Shown here: in pieces, positions 1 to 13,901 of the stretch
Position numbering within the stretch: the stretch's first letter is position 1
Layout of the letters: every line of letters begins with the position of its first letter
NCBI GenBank assembly: GCA_036689225.1
Contig: CP144768.1
Span: 60,001 to 92,000 of the forward strand
Direction: 5' to 3'
Source: Candidatus Saccharimonadota bacterium
Lineage (GTDB): Bacteria; Pseudomonadota; Gammaproteobacteria; Enterobacterales; Enterobacteriaceae
DNA: 32,000 bases
Program-made: the position numbers and the translations under genes
Notes under the pieces: model-generated
Told to the model about the DNA's origin: nothing
Database searches by the model: none
The model's input: only the letters and a program-made list of their open reading frames with translations

Positions 1-648
1 ATTTCATAATAATGAATTTCTATTTATTTGTTTAATATTATTAAAAGTAAATTTTTTTTTTTTATATATTTTATATGTTTTTGGAAATTTTTTTATTAAT
101 AAAATACTTAATTTTGCCATATCATATGATGATGTATATTGTTTTTTATGATCTAAACCATGTGAATTTATAAAATTAGTATTTTTTAAATTCATTTTTT
201 TTTTATATTTATTCATTAATTTTACAAATTTTTTTTCACTACCAGATAAATATTCTGCTATAGCTACACATGCATCATTTCCTGATTGAATTATCATTCC
301 TTTATTTAAATCAGATATTTTAACTTTTTCTTTATTTTTTAAAAACATTAGTGAGGATTCTTTAAAAATTGGATTTTTTCAAAAAGAATTATTATTAATT
401 TTTACTAAATCATTTTTATTAATTTTATTTTTTTTTAAAAAATCTGATAAAATATAACTAGTCATAATTTTAGTTAAACTTGCTGGATATAATTTAAGAT
501 TATGATTTTTTTTAGCTAATATTTTAGTAGATTTATAATCTACTAAAATATAAGATTTTACATTTATATTTTTAATTGTTTTAGAATATAAATTTTTATT
601 GTATAAATATAATAAAAATAATAATAATAATATTTTATGTTTTTTCAT
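1..648 (-). CDS. dacA: D-alanyl-D-alanine carboxypeptidase (PBP5/6 family). The 3' end runs off the left edge of the window.
   Basis: ORF pieces 379..648 and 4..348 lie in one frame, joined by TGA at 379-381. A second TGA at 4-6 continues past the window edge. There is a signal peptide ([16 protein letters not shown]), an SxxK motif (ASLTK) and an SGN motif (QSGNDAC). The sequence is colinear with E. coli DacA (NDAW / SSLMFLKP / NRNGLLW), and both W positions are TGA. Confidence 0.9.
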
Positions 649-651
649 ATT

Positions 652-1731
652 TTAATTAAATGTTTCTTTTTTTTTTAATGACATAATAATTCCAAATATA
701 GATATATTAATTACTAATGATGTTCCTCCATAACTTATTAATGGTAATGGTATTCCTACTATAGGAAATATACCACTTACCATACCTATATTAATTATAA
801 TATGTATAAAAAAGTTTATTATTAAATTAGATATTAATAATTTACTAAATATATCATTTATATTTATTGAAATTATTATAGTTTTTATTATTAATATTAT
901 ATATATTAATAATATAATACATATTCCTATAAATCCATGTTCTTCAGCTATTAAAGTAAAAATAAAATCAGTTTTATTTTCTGGTATAAAATTAAATTTT
1001 GATTGTGTTCCTAAAAATATACCTTTTCCATATAATCCTCCAGATCCTATAGCTATTTTAGATTGATTTATTTGATAACCATTATTTAAAATATCTGTAT
1101 TTTTATTAAATAAAGTTATTATTCTATTTTTTTGATATTTATGTAATAAAAATTTTCATGATAATGGTATACTTAAAATTATTAATATTGTAATAAAAAA
1201 AATAATTTTTTTGTTTATTCCACTTAAATATAAACCTATTGCTCCATATATTAATATTAATATAGAAGTTCCTAAATCTGGTTGTAAAAATATTAGTATA
1301 CTTGGTATTAAAGTTATAATTATTATTAATATAATATTTTTTATTTTTTTTATTGGATAATTATTATATAATATTTTTGTTATTAATAATGGTACAGCTA
1401 TTTTGGCTATTTCAGATGGTTGAAATTTTATAATTTTTATATTTATTCATCTTTTAGCTCCATTTATTATATATCCATACAAAAAAACATACAATAAAAG
1501 TATATTACATATTATATATATAATATATGCATTGTTTATATAATCTTGTTTTTTTAATTTTATTAAATATAACATTATTATTAAACTGAATATTATATGA
1601 AAAATTTTTTTATATATTATAATTATATTTTTGTTACTTGCACTGTATAAAATTAATAAACTATATATTAAAATAATAATTATACATGATATTATTATAA
1701 TATCTATTTTTTTTATATATTTTTTATTCAT
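652..1731 (-). CDS. mrdB: SEDS-family peptidoglycan polymerase RodA (rod-shape determining protein)
   Basis: ORF 1447..1731 ends GAKR+TGA, matching E. coli GAQRW. Hand translation continues in frame to TAA at 652-654 (359 aa). It gives FQPSEIAKIAVPL, QPDLGTS, QSKIAIGSGGLYGKG and GIPLPLISYGGTS, all colinear with E. coli RodA. Confidence 0.9.
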
Positions 1732-1735
1732 AAAA

Positions 1736-3502
1736 TTATGTTTTAATTTTATTTAAAATAATAAAATCTGTTATTTTTCTTACTATTTCTCCTATTTTAT
1801 CTCCATTACCTCCATGTTCTAATATAATTGTAATTGCAAATTTAGGATTTTTATATGGTAAAAAAGCATTCATTAATATATGATCTTTAAAAGATTTTTT
1901 TATATTTTTTTGTTTTTCATAATGATTTTTTATTGAATATACTTGTGCTGTTCCTGATTTTACAGCAATTTTATATTTTGTATTTATAAAATTTCAATAT
2001 GCTGTTCCATTTTTTTTATGTGCTACTCCATACATACCTTTTTTAATAATTTTTCAATTTTTATTTTTTATATTTTTTATTATATATTTTTTATTTTTTT
2101 TTTTATATTTATTTAATAATAAATGTGGTTTTATAATATATCCATTATTTATTAGAATTAATAATGCTTGATGAATTTGTATAGGTGTTGTAATTAAATA
2201 ACCTTGTCCTATACCTATAGATATAGTATCTCCTAAATATCATTTAGAATCATATTTTTTTTCTTTTCATTTTTTATTAGGTAAAAATAATTTTTTTTCG
2301 TTTGGTAAATCTATATTTGTTTTATTTCCAAATTTAAATTTTTTAATTCAATTTATTATTTTTTTTATACCTAAATGATATGATAATTGGTAATAAAATG
2401 TATCTGATGATTCTTCTATTGATTTAATTATATTTAGTTTATTATGTCCTGTTTTTTTTCAATCATGAAATATTTTGTTTGATTTAGGTAATTTTCATCA
2501 TCCTGGATCAAACATTTTAAAATTTTTATTTATTATTTTTTCTTCTAATGAAGCTATAGCTATATATGGTTTAATAGTTGAAGCAGGTGGATATATTCCT
2601 TGTATAACTTTATTAAATAAAGGAGAATCTTTATTATTTAATATTTTTTTATATTTTTTTTTTGATATTTTTTTTGTAAATATGTTTGGATTAAAACTTG
2701 GTACAGATATTAATGATAATATATTTCCATTTTTACAATTTGTTACTATTATAGATGCGTTATTATTTTTTATTAAATTATAAATAAATTTTTGTAATTT
2801 TATATCTATAGATAATTTTATATTTTTTCCTGCTTTTGGTAATTTTATAATATATTTTAATATTGTTTTTCCTTTATTATTTTTAATAATTTTTTTATAT
2901 CCTTTTTTTCCATATAATTTTTTTTCATAATATTTTTCTATTCCTGTTTTTCCAGTTATATTTTGTTTGTTTTTATTATTAATATTTATATATCCTATTA
3001 CATGTGACAATATATTTTTAAATGGATAATTTCTTTTTGTATATTTTTTTATTTTTACACCTTTTAATAATGGTTTATATATATAAAATTTTATTAAGTT
3101 ATTTTTATTTATAATATGTGATATTTTAATATTATATTTTTTATTATTTTTATATTTTTTTTTAAAATATTTTATTATTTTATTTGATATTTTTATTTTT
3201 TTAAATATATTTATAATATTTATAAAATTTTTTATTTTATGTGGTAAAATATTAATATAATAATAATTTTTATTTATAGCTATAGGTATGTTATTTCTAT
3301 CTAATATAATTCCTCTATGTGGTATAATAGATATTATTTTAATATAATTTTTTTTAGATAAAATATAATATTTTTTAAAATTTATTATTTGTAATTTATA
3401 TATACAATATATTATATATATTAATATAAATGTTAAAATAATTGTTATATATATAATTCTATAAATAAAAATTTTATTTTTTTTTTCATATATTAATTTC
3501 AT
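1736..3502 (-). CDS. mrdA: Penicillin-binding protein 2 (elongasome transpeptidase)
   Basis: ORF 2498..3502 ends FDPG and is followed by two consecutive TGA codons (2495-2500), matching E. coli FDPGWW. The frame continues to TAA at 1736-1738 (588 aa). Motifs present are STIK (SxxK), SSDTF (SxD) and KSGTAQV (KSG). It sits directly upstream of rodA, as in E. coli. Confidence 0.9.
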
Positions 3503-3627
3503 ATTTTTAAAATTTATAAATAATGTTATAAATAATTTATTATTATTTATTATAATAAATAAATTTTATAATTTATATAAATTATTATTTATATAATATA
3601 AATAAATTTTATTTTTAGGGAAAAATA

Positions 3628-5298
3628 ATGTTTAAAAATCCTATTAAAACAAAAAGTTGAAATAAAATATTAAATCATTTTAATTTTATTAAAAATATTA
3701 AAATAATTGATTTATTTAAAAAAGATAAAAATAGATTTGAAAATTTTTCAAAAAATTTTAAGAATAAAATTTTAATTGATTATTCTAAAAATAAAATTAA
3801 TTTAGAAACAATTAATTTATTTTTAGAATTATTAAATGAAATAAATTTTAAAGATTATATTTTATCTATGTTAAATGGTGAAAATATTAATTTTACAGAA
3901 AATAAACCTGTTTTAAATTTTTTATTAAGAGATTTAAATAATAAATTATTAAAAAAAAAAAAAGAATTATTAGATTATAAAAAAGATATAGATGCAAATT
4001 TAAGTAAAATTAAATTTTTTACAAATAAAATAATAAATGGAAATTGATTAGGATATTCTGGTAAAAAAATAAAAAATATAGTTAATATAGGAATAGGTGG
4101 TTCAGATTTTGGTCCTAGAATGATTATAAAATCATTATATAAATATAAAATTAATAATAATCAAAAATTTTATTTTATATCTAATATTGATGTTTCAGAA
4201 ATTTTAGAATTAATTAAAAAAATATCTCCTGAAAATACTCTTTTTATAATTTGTTCTAAAAGTTTTACTACTATAGAAACATTATTTAATGCTAATATAA
4301 GTAAAAAATGAATTTTAGATTATTATGATAATAATATTTCTTCTTTAAATAATCATTTTATATTAATATCTAGTAATTTTAATGAAGCAATAAAATTTGG
4401 AGTAAATTTAAATAATATTTTTATTGTAGATGATTGAGTAGGAGGTCGTTATTCTTATTGTTCATCTTTTGGATTATCTATATCTATTTTTATGGGTTTT
4501 AAAAATTTTAAAAAATTACTTTATGGAGCTCATGATGTAGATTTACATTTTTTTAATTCAAATTTTGAAAATAATATACCTATATTATTAGCAATAATAA
4601 GTATTTGATATAATAATTTTTTTAATTATTGTATAGAAGCTATTTTAGTTTATAATAATAAATTATCTTTTTTACCAACTTATTTACAACAATTAATAAT
4701 GGAATCTAATGGTAAATATGTAGATTATAATGGTAATTATATAAATAATTATTATACTTCTCCAATAATTTTAGGAGGAATTGGAACTATATCTCAACAT
4801 TCTTTTTTTCAATTATTACATCAAGGTACTTATATTATTCCTTGTGATTTTATAGTTGAAATATCTAGTTTTTATAATATTGATAATTCTCATTTAGTAT
4901 TATTATCTAATTTTTTATCTCAAACTCAATCTTTAGCTTTTGGAGATAAAATATTTAAAAATAATTTTTTAAATAAAAAAAATATTAATATTTATAAATT
5001 TATGAGATTTAAAGGTAATAGACCTAGTAATAGTATTTTAATTAATAAAATTAATCCATATAGTTTAGGTGTTTTAATTACTTTATATGAATATAAAGTA
5101 TTTACTCAAGGAGTTATATTAAATATTTCTAGTTTTGATCAATGAGGAGTAGAATTAGGTAAAAAATTATCTAAATTTATATATCCTTGTTTAAAAAATA
5201 AATGTGATATTAATAGTAATATTTATAAAAATAAAATTTATTTAGATAATTCTACTTTAAATTTGATAAATTATTTTAAAAAAAATTTTAATTTTTAG
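3628..5298 (+). CDS. pgi: Glucose-6-phosphate isomerase
   Basis: An AGGGA Shine-Dalgarno-like motif (3617-3621) lies 6 nt before the ATG at 3628. ORF pieces 4120..4311 and 4699..5145 are in the same frame and are linked by TGA codons that align with E. coli Pgi Trp residues (GEW, DWVGGRYS, IWYNNF, FDQWGVELGK). Other matches are NIGIGGSDFGP and MESNGKYVD. The gene ends with TAG at 5296-5298. Confidence 0.92.
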
Positions 5299-5322
5299 TT
5301 ATTTATTAAGGATTTTATAATT

Positions 5323-5583
5323 ATGCCTAATATTAAATCTTCAAAAAAAAGAGTTTTAATTAATAAATATAGAAGAAAAATTAATAATATTAATAAATCT
5401 ATATTAAAAACTTATTTTAAAAAAGTTAAATTTTTTATTAATAAAAATAATAAAAAAAAAGCATTAATTAATTTTTATAAATTTCAATCAATTATAGATA
5501 AATTATATATAAAAAAAATTATTTGTTTAAATAAATCTTCTAGATATAAATCTATTTTAATAAAATTAATTAATAAATTATAA
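5323..5583 (+). CDS. rpsT: 30S ribosomal protein S20
   Basis: The 86-aa ORF begins MPNIKSSKKR, against E. coli MANIKSAKKR, and is lysine-rich throughout. An AAGGA motif lies at 5308-5312, upstream of the ATG. Confidence 0.9.
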   Translation: MPNIKSSKKRVLINKYRRKINNINKSILKTYFKKVKFFINKNNKKKALINFYKFQSIIDKLYIKKIICLNKSSRYKSILIKLINKL

Positions 5584-6360
5584 TTATAATATTTTTTTAT
5601 TTAAATTTTTATTTATTATATAATTTATTATTTTACAATATTGTTTTATATTTATTTTATTAATTCTAATATTTGGATTAATATTTATTAATTTAAATTC
5701 TTTAATATTTATAAAGTTTTTTATATTATTATATATTTTTTTATTTTTTTTAAAAAAAATATTATTCATTATATGAATAAATAAGTTTATTTTTTTTATA
5801 TTATATTTATTTTTATTAGAAGTTAATTTTAATAATGTTGATTCTATTTTTGGTTTTGGTTTAAAATTATAATTTTTAATATTTATTATTTTTTTTATTT
5901 TAAATAATGAATTTAAAATTATAGTTGTTTTAGTTTTTTTTTTATTTTTTTTATTAAATATTAAATTATTTGCTAATTGTTTTTGTAATAATATATGTAT
6001 ATCTTTTATAAATTTATAATTTTTTATAAATTTATATATTATTTTATGAGATATATAATATGGTATATTTCCAATTATTCTTATTTTTTTTTCAATATTT
6101 AAATTGAAATTAAAATTTAATATATCTATGTTGATAAAATTTATATTTAATTTACTTTTTTTTTTACATAATTTAATTAAATTATTATCTATATCTATAG
6201 CTGTTATATTTTTTGTATATTTATATAATTCTTTAGTTAATATACCATTACCACATCCTATTTCTAAAAAAAAATCTTTTTTTTTTGGTTTTATATATTT
6301 TATTATTTTTTTAATTATTTTTTTATTAATTAAAAAAATTTGTCCTATATCTTTATACAT
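5584..6360 (-). CDS. rsmA: 16S rRNA (adenine1518/1519-N6)-dimethyltransferase
   Basis: The 258-aa ORF carries GQIFL (E. coli GQNFL), the SAM-binding motif EIGCGNG, and IIGNIPYYIS (E. coli FGNLPYNIS). The C-terminal QYCKIINYI matches E. coli QYCQMANYL. Confidence 0.88.
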   Translation of the reverse strand: MYKDIGQIFLINKKIIKKIIKYIKPKKKDFFLEIGCGNGILTKELYKYTKNITAIDIDNNLIKLCKKKSKLNINFINIDILNFNFNLNIEKKIRIIGNIPYYISHKIIYKFIKNYKFIKDIHILLQKQLANNLIFNKKNKKKTKTTIILNSLFKIKKIINIKNYNFKPKPKIESTLLKLTSNKNKYNIKKINLFIHIMNNIFFKKNKKIYNNIKNFINIKEFKLININPNIRINKINIKQYCKIINYIINKNLNKKIL

Positions 6361-6393
6361 TTTATTTTATTTTATAAATAATTTATAAATATT

Positions 6394-9204
6394 TTATATA
6401 AATTTTCTTTTTTCGCCATTTCCAAATAAATTTTTTTTACATCTTTTACATATATTATATTCTTTAATTTTGTATATATTTTTTACATAATGTCAACATC
6501 TTTTACATTTAATTCCTTTTATTTTTTTACATTTTATTTTAAAATTTTTATATTTTTTTTTTTTATTTAATATTTTTATTTTTAATTCTGATGTTATAAA
6601 AAAAAATTTTAATTCTGATTTAATTTTTTTAATTTTATTATAAAATTTTTTTTTTATATATAATATTAATTTTATTTCTAATGAAGATTTTATTTTTTTA
6701 TTTACTTTTTTTTTTTCTAAAATTTTATTAAAATTATTTTTTATATTAATTAATTTTTTTCAAATATTTTCATTTATTTTATTATTTTTATGTAAATAAA
6801 AAAGTTTATTAAATCAAGTTTCTTTATATATTGAAGAATTTTTTTTTCTATTTGGTAAATATTTAAATATTTCTTCTGATGTAAAAGATAATATAGGTGA
6901 TATTCATTTAGTTATTGATTCTAATATCATTCATATAGTAATTTGTAAACTATTATATGGAATAGTATTTTTTTTTATAGTATATTTTCTATCTTTTATT
7001 ATATTTAAATATATTGAACTTAAATATATTGTACAAAAATTTATAATTTTTTTAATTATTTTATAAAATTTAAATTTTTTATATAAATATATAATTTTTT
7101 TTTGTGTTTTTTTTGTTTTATGTATAATTCATTTATCTAATAATAAAATATTTTTTTTTTTTATATTTTTTTTAATAAAATCATAGTTGTCTAAATTTGA
7201 TATTAAAAATTTTATTGTATTTCTTATTTTTCTATATAATTCTATTGTTCTTAATATGATTTCATTTGATATATTTATATCATTATAAAATTTTGTTGAT
7301 GATGTTCATAATCTTAAAATATCTGATCCAAATTTTTTTATTATTTTATTAGGATTCATATAATTTTTTAAAGATTTTGACATTTTTTTACCATTTTTAT
7401 CTATTATAAATCCATGTGATATTATTTTTTTATATGGTGCACAATTATTTATTGCAGTATTTATTATTAAAGATGACATAAATCATCCTCTAAATTGGTC
7501 TGATCCTTCTATATATATATCACTTATTATATTTTTTTTAAATTTTGGATTAATTATTGTAAAACATGTTGCACCTGAATCAAATCATACATCTAATACA
7601 TCTTTTATTTTTTTATATTTTTTATGTTCTTTTCCTAAAATTTTTTTTTTATTTATATTATTTCAATATTCTGGACCAATTTTTTTAATTTTTTTTATTA
7701 TTTTTTTCATTAAAAATATTGTTTTTGGATGTATTTTTTTTGTTTTTTTATTTATAAATATTGGTATTGGTGTTCCTCATATTCTTTGTCTAGATATACA
7801 TCAATCAGGTCTATTAATTATCATTTTTTTAATTTTTTTATATCCTCATTTAGGTATTCATTTTACTTTTTTAATTGATGTAAGAAGTTTTTTTCTTAAA
7901 TTATTTTTATTTATATTTATAAATAATTGAGATGTAGATTTAATTAAAATTGGTTTTTTATGTCTTCAACAATGAGGATATTTATGTAATATATTTTCTT
8001 CTAATATTATTTTATTTTTTTTTTTTAATACATTAATTATTATTTTTTCTGCATTTAATATATTATTATTTTTTATATTTTTTATATATTTATATTTTAT
8101 ATATTTTCCATGTTTATTAATTAAATTAATTCCTTTTAAATTATTTTCCTTACATATTTTATAATCTTCTTCACCATGTTCAGAAGCTATATGAACTATA
8201 CCTGTTCCACAATTTTTATCTATATTATTATTTAATATTATAGGAGTTTTATTATTTGATATTGGATGAATTGCTAATATTTGTTTAAATAATTTTCCTT
8301 TAATTGAATATATTTTTTTATAATTTATATTTGTTTTTTTTATTATTTCTTTTATTTTATTTTTTAATATTATATATATATTTTTTTTTTTTTTTATAAG
8401 TGAATATTTATATTTTGGATGAATAATTATTCCACAATTTCCAGGTATTGTTCATGGTGTTGTAGTTCATACAATTAATTTTAAATTATGATTTTTATAT
8501 TTTTTATAATTTATATTTATTTTTTTAAAAAATTTTATTTTATTAAATATTTTAAATATGAAATATATTGATTTTGATATTTTATTTTTATATTCTATTT
8601 CTGCTTCTGCTAAAGAAGATTTGCATTGAGTACATCAATTTATAGGTTTTTTTTTTCTTTCTATAAAATTTAGTTTTATTAATTTTCTTAATACTTTTAT
8701 TGTATTTGATATAGTTTTAAAATTCATTGTTTTATAATAATTTTTTCAATCAGCTAATATTCCTAATCTTATGAAATTATTTTTTTGTTTTTCAATTTGT
8801 AAATTAACATATTTAAAGCATGATTTTTTAAAATTATTATAATATTTATTTTTAGATTTATTTTTTTTTTTTTTTAAAATTTCTAATTCTATAGGTAATC
8901 CGTGACAATCTCAACCTGGAATATAATTTATATTAAAATTCATAAAATTTTTATATTTTATTATTATATCTTTTAATATTTTATTATAAGCATGTCCTAA
9001 ATGTATATTTCCATTTGCATATGGAGGACCATCATGAATTATAAAATTTTTTTTATTATTTTTTTTTTTAATATTTAAATATAAATTATTTTTTTTTCAT
9101 TTTTTTAAAATATTAATTTCTTTTATATTCAAATTTGCTTTCATAGGAAAATTATTTTTTGGTAAATTAATTGTAGATTTATAATCTATATATTTTTTTT
9201 TCAT
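6394..9204 (-). CDS. ileS: Isoleucyl-tRNA synthetase
   Basis: No long ORF appears in the track because of the many TGA codons. Hand translation from the ATG at 9204 gives:
- [25 protein letters not shown], then [23 protein letters not shown] (HIGH motif)
- [13 protein letters not shown], with W encoded by TGA
- KMSKSLKN (KMSKS motif)
- a C-terminal zinc knuckle CKRCWHY...[18 protein letters not shown], against E. coli GDGEKRKFA
The stop is TAA at 6394-6396 (936 aa). I did not check every codone of the interior. Confidence 0.88.
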
Positions 9205-9345
9205 TTTTTATTTTAGAATGTTTTATATTTTAAATATTTATTTTAAATTTTTGTTAATAATAATTTTATAGATTATAATTATATATTAAAAGAAAAAAAA
9301 ATTATATATTTTATAATTTATATAAAATATTTTTGTATTTTCTAG

Positions 9346-9373
9346 TTGATATTTATAAGTATGTACTTATTAT
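9346..9373 (+). promoter_or_regulatory. Candidate dnaK promoter: TTGATA-N16-TATTAT. It can also be read as a decayed sigma-32-like TTGA-N14-CTTATTAT.
   Basis: TTGATA lies at 9346-9351 and TATTAT at 9368-9373, about 40 nt upstream of the dnaK ATG, inside the longest spacer of the window. -10-like hexamers arise by chance in sequence this AT-rich, so the only real information is in the G-containing -35. Confidence 0.3.
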
Positions 9374-9400
9374 ATCTTTATATAAGATTAAAATTTTAAT

Positions 9401-11328
<1,928 letters not shown>

Positions 11329-11363
11329 TATTAAAAATATGTTTATATAATATAGGTTTATAA

Positions 11364-12491
11364 ATGTCAAATAAAGATTATTATGATATTTTAGGTATTT
11401 CTAAAAAAGCTAATAAGCAAGAAATTAAAAGAGCATATAAACGTTTAGCTATTAAATATCATCCTGATAGAAATAAAGGTAATAAAATTTATGAAGAAAA
11501 ATTTAAAGAAATACAAAAAGCTTATGAAATATTAAATGATGAAAAAAAAAGATCTATGTATGACCAATATGGTCATACTGCTTTTAATCAAGAAAATTAT
11601 AGTAATGATTTTAATTATACTAATGATTTTAGTGATATTTTTGGAGATGTTTTTGGTGATATTTTTAGTTCGAAAAAAAAAAAATATTCTAATAATGATA
11701 ATATAAATTCTAATGTTATATATAAAATTAATATTACTTTAGAAGAAGTAATTAAAGGTGTTACTAAAAAAATTAAAGTTAATTTAATACAAAAATGTAC
11801 TATATGTAATGGAAATGGTTGTAAACCTGGTACAAATCGTAAAGTATGTTCTACTTGTAATGGTAATGGAAATATTCATATTAAACAGGGTTTTTTTACA
11901 ATTCAACAAACATGTCCTTCATGTAATGGTGATTGTTATATAATTAGTGATGTTTGTTATATTTGTAGAGGTTCAGGTACTAAGAAAGTATATAAAAATT
12001 TTTTTATTAAAATTCCTTATGGAATAAATAATGGTGATCGTATACGTGTAGTTGGAAAAGGTAATTATAATATATATAAATCTAAATTTGGAGATTTATA
12101 TATTGAAGTAAATGTTAAAAAACATTCTATATTTAAAAGATTTAATAATGATTTATATTGTAAAATTCCTATAAATTTTGCTATAGCAGCATTAGGAGGA
12201 AATATAAAAATACCTTCTTTAGATAAAAAAATAATATTTAAAATTCCTCCAGAAACTCAATCTGGTAAAATATTTCGTATAAAAAATAAAGGTATTAAAT
12301 CTTTTAAAGATAATAAATTTGGTGATTTATTATGTAAAATAATAGTAGAAACTCCTATTAATTTAAATAAAATTCAAAAAAAATTATTATATGATTTTGG
12401 TATAACTTTGAATAAATATAAAAAAAAAAATAATCCTAAATCAGAAAGTTTTTTAAATAATATAAAAAATTTTTTTAATTCTTTAATTTAA
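11364..12491 (+). CDS. dnaJ: Co-chaperone DnaJ (Hsp40)
   Basis: The J-domain carries YHPDRN. There are four zinc-finger repeats (CTICNGNG, CSTCNGNG, CPSCNGDC, CYICRGSG). The gene lies directly downstream of dnaK. Confidence 0.95.
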   Translation: MSNKDYYDILGISKKANKQEIKRAYKRLAIKYHPDRNKGNKIYEEKFKEIQKAYEILNDEKKRSMYDQYGHTAFNQENYSNDFNYTNDFSDIFGDVFGDIFSSKKKKYSNNDNINSNVIYKINITLEEVIKGVTKKIKVNLIQKCTICNGNGCKPGTNRKVCSTCNGNGNIHIKQGFFTIQQTCPSCNGDCYIISDVCYICRGSGTKKVYKNFFIKIPYGINNGDRIRVVGKGNYNIYKSKFGDLYIEVNVKKHSIFKRFNNDLYCKIPINFAIAALGGNIKIPSLDKKIIFKIPPETQSGKIFRIKNKGIKSFKDNKFGDLLCKIIVETPINLNKIQKKLLYDFGITLNKYKKKNNPKSESFLNNIKNFFNSLI

Positions 12492-13720
12492 TTTTTTATA
12501 TATATAGGGAATTTTTTACATATATTTAATATAATTTTTTTATTTTTTTTAATATTAATATTATTTTTTTTATTTAATATTTTACATATTATTTTTGTTA
12601 TTTTTATTATATATTTTTCTTTTATTCCTCTGCGAGTAATTGCAGATGTTCCTATTCTTATTCCAGAGGTAATAAAAGGTTTTTTTTTATCATTAGGTAT
12701 ACAATTTTTATTTACATTTATATTTATTTTATTTAATATATTTTCTGCTTCTAATCCTGATATTTTTTTATTTTTTAAATTTATTACAAATAAATGTGTT
12801 TCTGTACCATTTGAAATTATTTTATATTTTTTTTTTATAAAAATTTTTGACATTATTTTTGCATTTTTTATTACTTTTTTTTGATATTTAATAAAATTTT
12901 TATTTAGTGCTTCTTTAAATATTAAAGCTTTTGCTGCTATAGTATGCATCATAGGTCCTCCTTGTGTTTCAGGAAATATAGATGAATCAATTTTTTTATA
13001 TAATTTATAATTATTACCCTTTGCTAATATTATTGCTCCTCTTGGACCACATAATGTTTTATGTGTAGTAGTTGTTACTATATCTGCAAAATTTATTGGA
13101 TTTGGGTATATTTTTGCAGCTACTAAACCTGCTATATGTGACATATCTATCATTAATATACTATTATATTTATTTGATATTTCTTTAAATATTTTTCATT
13201 TACATATTTTAGAAAATGAAGAAAATCCTGCTATTATTATTTTTGGTTTATATTTTTTTGTTAAATATTCTACTTGATTATAATCAATATCTTCTTTTTT
13301 ATTTAATTTATATAATTTTGCATTATATATTTTTCCTGATAAATTAATTTTTGATCCATGAGTTAAATGTCCTCCATGATTTAATTTCATTCCTAATATT
13401 GTATCTCCTGGTTTTAATATTGCATTATATATAGCAAAATTAGCTTGTGAACCTGAATGAGGTTGTACGTTTACATAATTTGCATTAAATAGTTTTTTTG
13501 CTCTTTTAATTGCTATATTTTCTATTTTATCTATATATTTACATCCTGAATAATATCTTTTTTTATAATATCCTTCAGCATATTTATTTGTTAATATTGA
13601 TCCTTGTGCTTTCATTATATTTAAACTAGTATAATTTTCTGATGCTATTAAATTAATACTATTTTCTTGTCTTTTTTTTTCTAATTTTATTAATTTGAAA
13701 ATTTTATCTTTATATTTCAT
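12488..13720 (-). CDS. glyA: Serine hydroxymethyltransferase
   Basis: ORFs 13196..13720 and 12488..13153 share a frame and are joined through TGA at 13196-13198 (E. coli VDW). Matches include [21 protein letters not shown] and GGHLTHG, plus the PLP-lysine motif TTTTHKTL. The product is 410 aa. Confidence 0.95.
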
Positions 13721-13901
13721 ATTTTTAATGTATATATATATTTTATTAAAATAATTATAATAATATATGTATATATATATATGTTATTATATACGATATA
13801 GATTGTATTATTATTTTTTTAATAAAAATTAAATATTTTATTATTTTTTTATTTTTAAATTATATATAAATTTTATTTTTATTTTAATAAAAATATTTTT
13901 T

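Noticed and set aside
2475-2783. Long plus-strand ORFs lie antisense to known genes. They are 2475..2783 and 6104..6388, 19541..19810 and 19881..20063, 20914..21126 and 23536..23814, and 24479..24742. The remainder are 25040..25294, the 25557..26411 series, 29336..29629, 30311..30523, and 30628..30948 with 30668..30889. The minus-strand ORF 19364..19552 is a similar case.
   Set aside because: Each lies opposite a well-supported conserved gene (mrdA, rsmA, folD, lon, clpX, clpP, nusB/infA, trxB, rpsA, ssb, cysS). They encode F/I/L/Y-rich low-complexity strings, which is what the complement of Lys/Asn/Ile-rich AT codons produces. None shows recognisable motifs or start signals.
13731-13782. Short (TA)n runs lie in the glyA-tsaB spacer: (TA)5 at 13731-13740 and (AT)6 at 13771-13782. 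I considered them as repeat or CRISPR-like structure.
   Set aside because: This is simple dinucleotide low complexity. There is no repeat-spacer periodicity and no cas genes. It is typical AT-rich spacer sequence.
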